Source: Takakia lepidozioides (taxonomy: Eukaryota; Plantae; Bryophyta). Taken from it: DNA of 64,000 nt. The notes beneath the pieces are model-generated. The model had not been told where the DNA came from. It saw nothing but the letters and a program-made list of their open reading frames with translations, and did not search any database. How positions within the stretch are numbered: position 1 is the first letter of the stretch; the number at the start of each line of letters is the position of its first letter. The position numbers and the translations under genes were made by a program. Positions 52,331 through 64,000 of this stretch are shown here, piece by piece. The stretch lies in NCBI GenBank assembly GCA_030704615.1, contig CM060731.1, positions 39,246,001 through 39,310,000 on the forward strand, given 5' to 3'.

Positions 52331-54023
52331 CAACTGCTCAAACGGAGGAAGACGCCCTCATGTTGGTGCCGGAAGAAGATCTCGTGCAAAGCGAAGATGT
52401 TGAAGGTGTTAACCCTTAAGTGCCTAAGCGACCCATTTTGGGTCGGTTGGGTTTGCTTAACCGACCATAACTTCATATGGTTAAGGCTGATTGGGGTTTT
52501 TTTGGGCTCAATAGATAGAAAATTGGGTCCTCTTTCAAACGGCATTGGCCAATTGGTCAATGCCTGAAGGGTACGGGTCTGGACCAATGGGAAGGGGGCC
52601 AACTCAACTTTTTGAGGTCATTTTGGGCCCCCTAACCTGCCCAAGTTCTTGACATGGCAACTGCGGTCAGGTTAGGGTGAATGAAAGATACCCCATAAAG
52701 GAGCGGGCGGCACGCTTCCCCAAGCCCCTTGATTGCCTGGCAGGGGCATGGCAACCGGCAGGTTTGGGCATTCCCAGGCCTGTGCCCTAACCTTAAATCG
52801 ACGGCGATGGAAGCTCCGGCCAACACCGTGGGCCCATAGCAGGGCGGGATGGAGGAGTGCCGCCGTGGGCATAGCTCGTAGCTCGAGAAAAATTCCCATG
52901 AGGGGTGGGCCAAACCTAGGCCGGGGGTTTGAATGGGTTGAGGGTGGGGTGGGTGCCATAAAAGCAGGCCCGGGTAGCCAGAGGAGCTCCCAAACCCCGT
53001 GCCCTTCTGGACTATGGCTCCAAATATCTTAGGCCTGCAGGCTATAACATAGGTGTTCCATTTGAAGTCTTGGGCAGGGAACCTAAAGCTGCAAGGGCAT
53101 TGCCCGATTGGCCTCAAATGTTTATAGGGACTTCATATGGATGCCCGTGACATTTCTACAGGAGGGATTAGGAATTGAACGGCAGAATTGTTTTGTATGA
53201 TTTTAGATGAGAGATTTGGGCCTGACCAGAGAAAATGGCAGATTTTCACCCCCAAATTTGTCACTACAAAGGAGCCCACCTGAGAACATTTCAGAAAAAC
53301 TGAAAATTTCTGAGAATGTGTGTTATTGGGTATGGAGCAACATTCTTGAGACTCTAAATAAAATAAAATTAACACTGCCCAAAGACGAGCAAAAAACCGT
53401 TTTTTTTTTCACCTATTTCTTAGTGAAGAGTTTTTTTTGCCCCCACTCTACACTTTATAATCTTCAGATCTGGCAGTTGGATTTTGATGGAACTTTTTGT
53501 GGTAGGAGGTGGGGTAGGTGGGAAGTAATTCCAACTGTCAGTTTGACAAGGACATAGAGATTCGCCATATAAAAAAGTTTTTGTGGGCCAGGGTCTTGTT
53601 TTCCGCCAGTGCTGGAAAATGTGCCCAGACACTTGAGGGTTAATATGGACGTGAGCAATGGGGTCCATGAGGAGGGTCATTGACTAGACAGAAAGGAGGA
53701 TGCGAGAGCCGGAAGTGTGCGCAGATGCGCCATGGCAAACAAAGGTGGCGCCACTAATGTTGTTGGCGTCAGTAAGTAAAGCAGGTGGCGCCAACAAAGT
53801 CAATGGGCGCCAACAAGGCAGGTGGTGCCACTCACATAGGTGGAACCAATAAAGTTAGTGGCGTCAATAACCTACGTTGTTCACACAACTTAGTTCATAT
53901 TGGCACAATCTAATTTTGTTTAAACAAATATATACACATACGTACATATATGTATGTCATTTGAATAATTCAAATATGATGGGCCTGAATTGTGAGCAGT
54001 CGCTCCCAGGTCTCCTTTCTGAT

Positions 54024-54025
<2 letters not shown>

Positions 54026-54059
<34 letters not shown>
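54026..54059. repeat. (TA)n microsatellite
   Basis: Read directly from the sequence. Confidence 0.9.
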
Positions 54060-54063
<4 letters not shown>

Positions 54064-54469
54064 AGATTTTTTTTCTTTTTTTCTTTTTCAGGGAACAGGG
54101 GAAAGAGACCCTGAATTAATTTTGAGACATTGTCTTTAAAAATGTTGGATTATAAAGTTATAATTTTGGATCTAATAACATGTGTGGGCGCAATGTTCTT
54201 ATTTCTCGTGAATTTTTGCAATATTTTGATCTCAAAAATTAAAATGGAGTATTCTGTCATAATTAAATTCCATGTTTCTTCATGGATGAAATTGCCAAAT
54301 TTCTCCCAATAAAATATAAATTATGGATGAATTTGCCAAATATGGATTACATACATGGGTGAAGGTACATAAGAGGATGATTCTATCCAGATTTCAATGG
54401 ATGAAGAGAAAATATGGCTATCTCTTGCAAAACTCAATAGCCACTCCTGTTATTTTCTAAATTTCAAAA

Positions 54470-62593
<8,124 letters not shown>

Positions 62594-64000
62594 TGTCGCG
62601 CACCTCACTTCGGTAAACTCCCCTTCAAGTCATAGTTACTCGCTTTGATACGCGCGCCTGACTCCCAACCTGGCCGCCGGGCCAACTTGGAGCTTCGGTT
62701 GCTCACCGGGACATAACGGTCCCCTTTCGCTTCCATCTAAAACCCTCCACCTAATTGGGACTAGGAGAATTCCCTTTGGTAGATGGCAGTCCGGAACAGC
62801 TCCCCACTCTTTGGTCGCTTTCCGGCTCGCTCGCTTACTCACTAGTTTTTGGTCACCAACGGGCTTGCACCGTTCTCGGGGTTACTACTCCCTATATATA
62901 CTTCTGTAGCTGTCCGCGGGGGTTTCACAACCAGCCATGCCATTTTATGGCGAACCACCACGAAGACCCTCGATTCCCGGTGGTGAGTCGCGGTGAGTCT
63001 TGGCCCGCTCACCACGGCCCTATGGACCGTGATGAGTCCCAAGACTCCCCACGACTCCCACCACGAGGTCTCCGCCCCCATGGTGAGTCCTATGCCACCC
63101 CCACTAAGTCCCACTAAGCAACCACCACCCCTTGTGGAGCCACCCCCACCGCAACCCGGTGTGCGGGGCTCCACCTAGTGAGCGCCTCCGCCTTGGGCAC
63201 TCAAGGGTGCTTCAGCCCCCGTACCTATCGCTGCTACTGCCCCCACCACAGAGGCAGCCCCTCTTGTGTCCCGACCTCCCTACCCTCAAGGCAAAGGGCC
63301 GCGACACACACCCCTACCAACAGGGAGTCGATGTCCTCATCGACTTGTCCATTTTGTAGAAACGAACATCCAAGTTGTGGCGTCCCACATCAAGGAGTTT
63401 GTTTCCGTACCATGGCGTCCCATGGCAAAGAACCAAACCCCATACTTGACTCTACTCTCCACTAGCTAGTTCGGCCGACTTCCTCCAAGTCCCGGCCAAG
63501 GGTGGAGCTTCTCCAGCTCCTCCCAGTGCACTCTTCTTGGCCTACTTCAAGGCCAAGGAACGATCCTCCCCGAGGATCGAATCGCCTTACTGCAACAACA
63601 TTGCTTGCGATCGCTCATGATGCCGCTTTTGGCATCACCTTGAGCAAGGGTTCACCTGGAACCCTCTTTGACTAGGAAGATAACCTTGAACCAACCGTGC
63701 GCCCCAATCACTACAATTGGGTCCGCCTTGGAATGCTGGCCTGAGGTACGGGAACACGCCGAAGCCGCACTACGACTTCGTCCCGAGGCTACACGATTAT
63801 AGTACGTGAACGGAAGCACGTAGCTTCCGCGTTAGCCCGCACTACAAGGCAACCCCCTCGGTAGCGCAGTTATAGTACGCGCACGCGCGCCAGGTGCGCA
63901 CTAGCACGTGAACTCCCAAAGAAGGCGCAAGTTTCCTTGCCCCTTGGATGGGAGTCACCCGATTTCGGCACTGCGCAAACACACGATTAACCCAATTTAC
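62594..64000 (-). mobile_element. 3' LTR (62594-63306) and 3' internal end of a second copy of the 50760-51478 LTR family, running off the window
   Basis: TGTCGCG...CGCGACA, colinear with 50760-51478. Preceded on the minus strand by the purine-rich tract GGTAGGGGTGTG (PPT). Inserted into the Helentron Rep gene just before TCARYYDHR. Confidence 0.88.

Noticed and set aside
53683-53750. Canonical Helitron 3' end (CTAG-T) for the rolling-circle element
   Set aside because: The nearest hairpin is weak and too distant, and the RGS motif and endonuclease indicate Helentron-type ends instead.

Overview
Eukaryotic nuclear DNA from a land plant, most likely a seed-free lineage (bryophyte or lycophyte; inferred from the TE and gene repertoire). 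The left half (1-37 kb) is gene-rich. It holds the 3' two-thirds of a full-size ABCA transporter, a bifunctional sn-2 GPAT, a hAT MITE, a decayed Ty3/gypsy element with a dUTPase-like domain, and a DnaJ gene with a GC-AG intron. It also holds a cluster of PLS/E-class PPR pseudogenes, a UDP-glycosyltransferase, a DOT1-like methyltransferase remnant and a spliced bacterial-type DUF1348/SnoaL gene. The right half is a stack of nested transposons. A 10.3-kb foldback Mutator element (about 2-kb TIRs of telomere-like GGGTTACA modules, 9-bp TSD, transposase plus Ulp1 protease) sits inside a TA-TSD MITE. It is followed by a truncated tRNA-Met-primed gypsy element, a CRE-like non-LTR fragment, and an endonuclease-encoding Helentron interrupted by two LTR elements. 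The most unusual object is the gypsy element at 57419-61811. It has a DDE integrase with a PHD finger, a 4-bp TSD and a Tf1-like self-priming site. Its terminal repeats, however, are split and permuted (B-internal-A-B-A), as expected if a 2-LTR circle integrated through a palindromic site inside the LTR. All calls were made by eye, without database searches.
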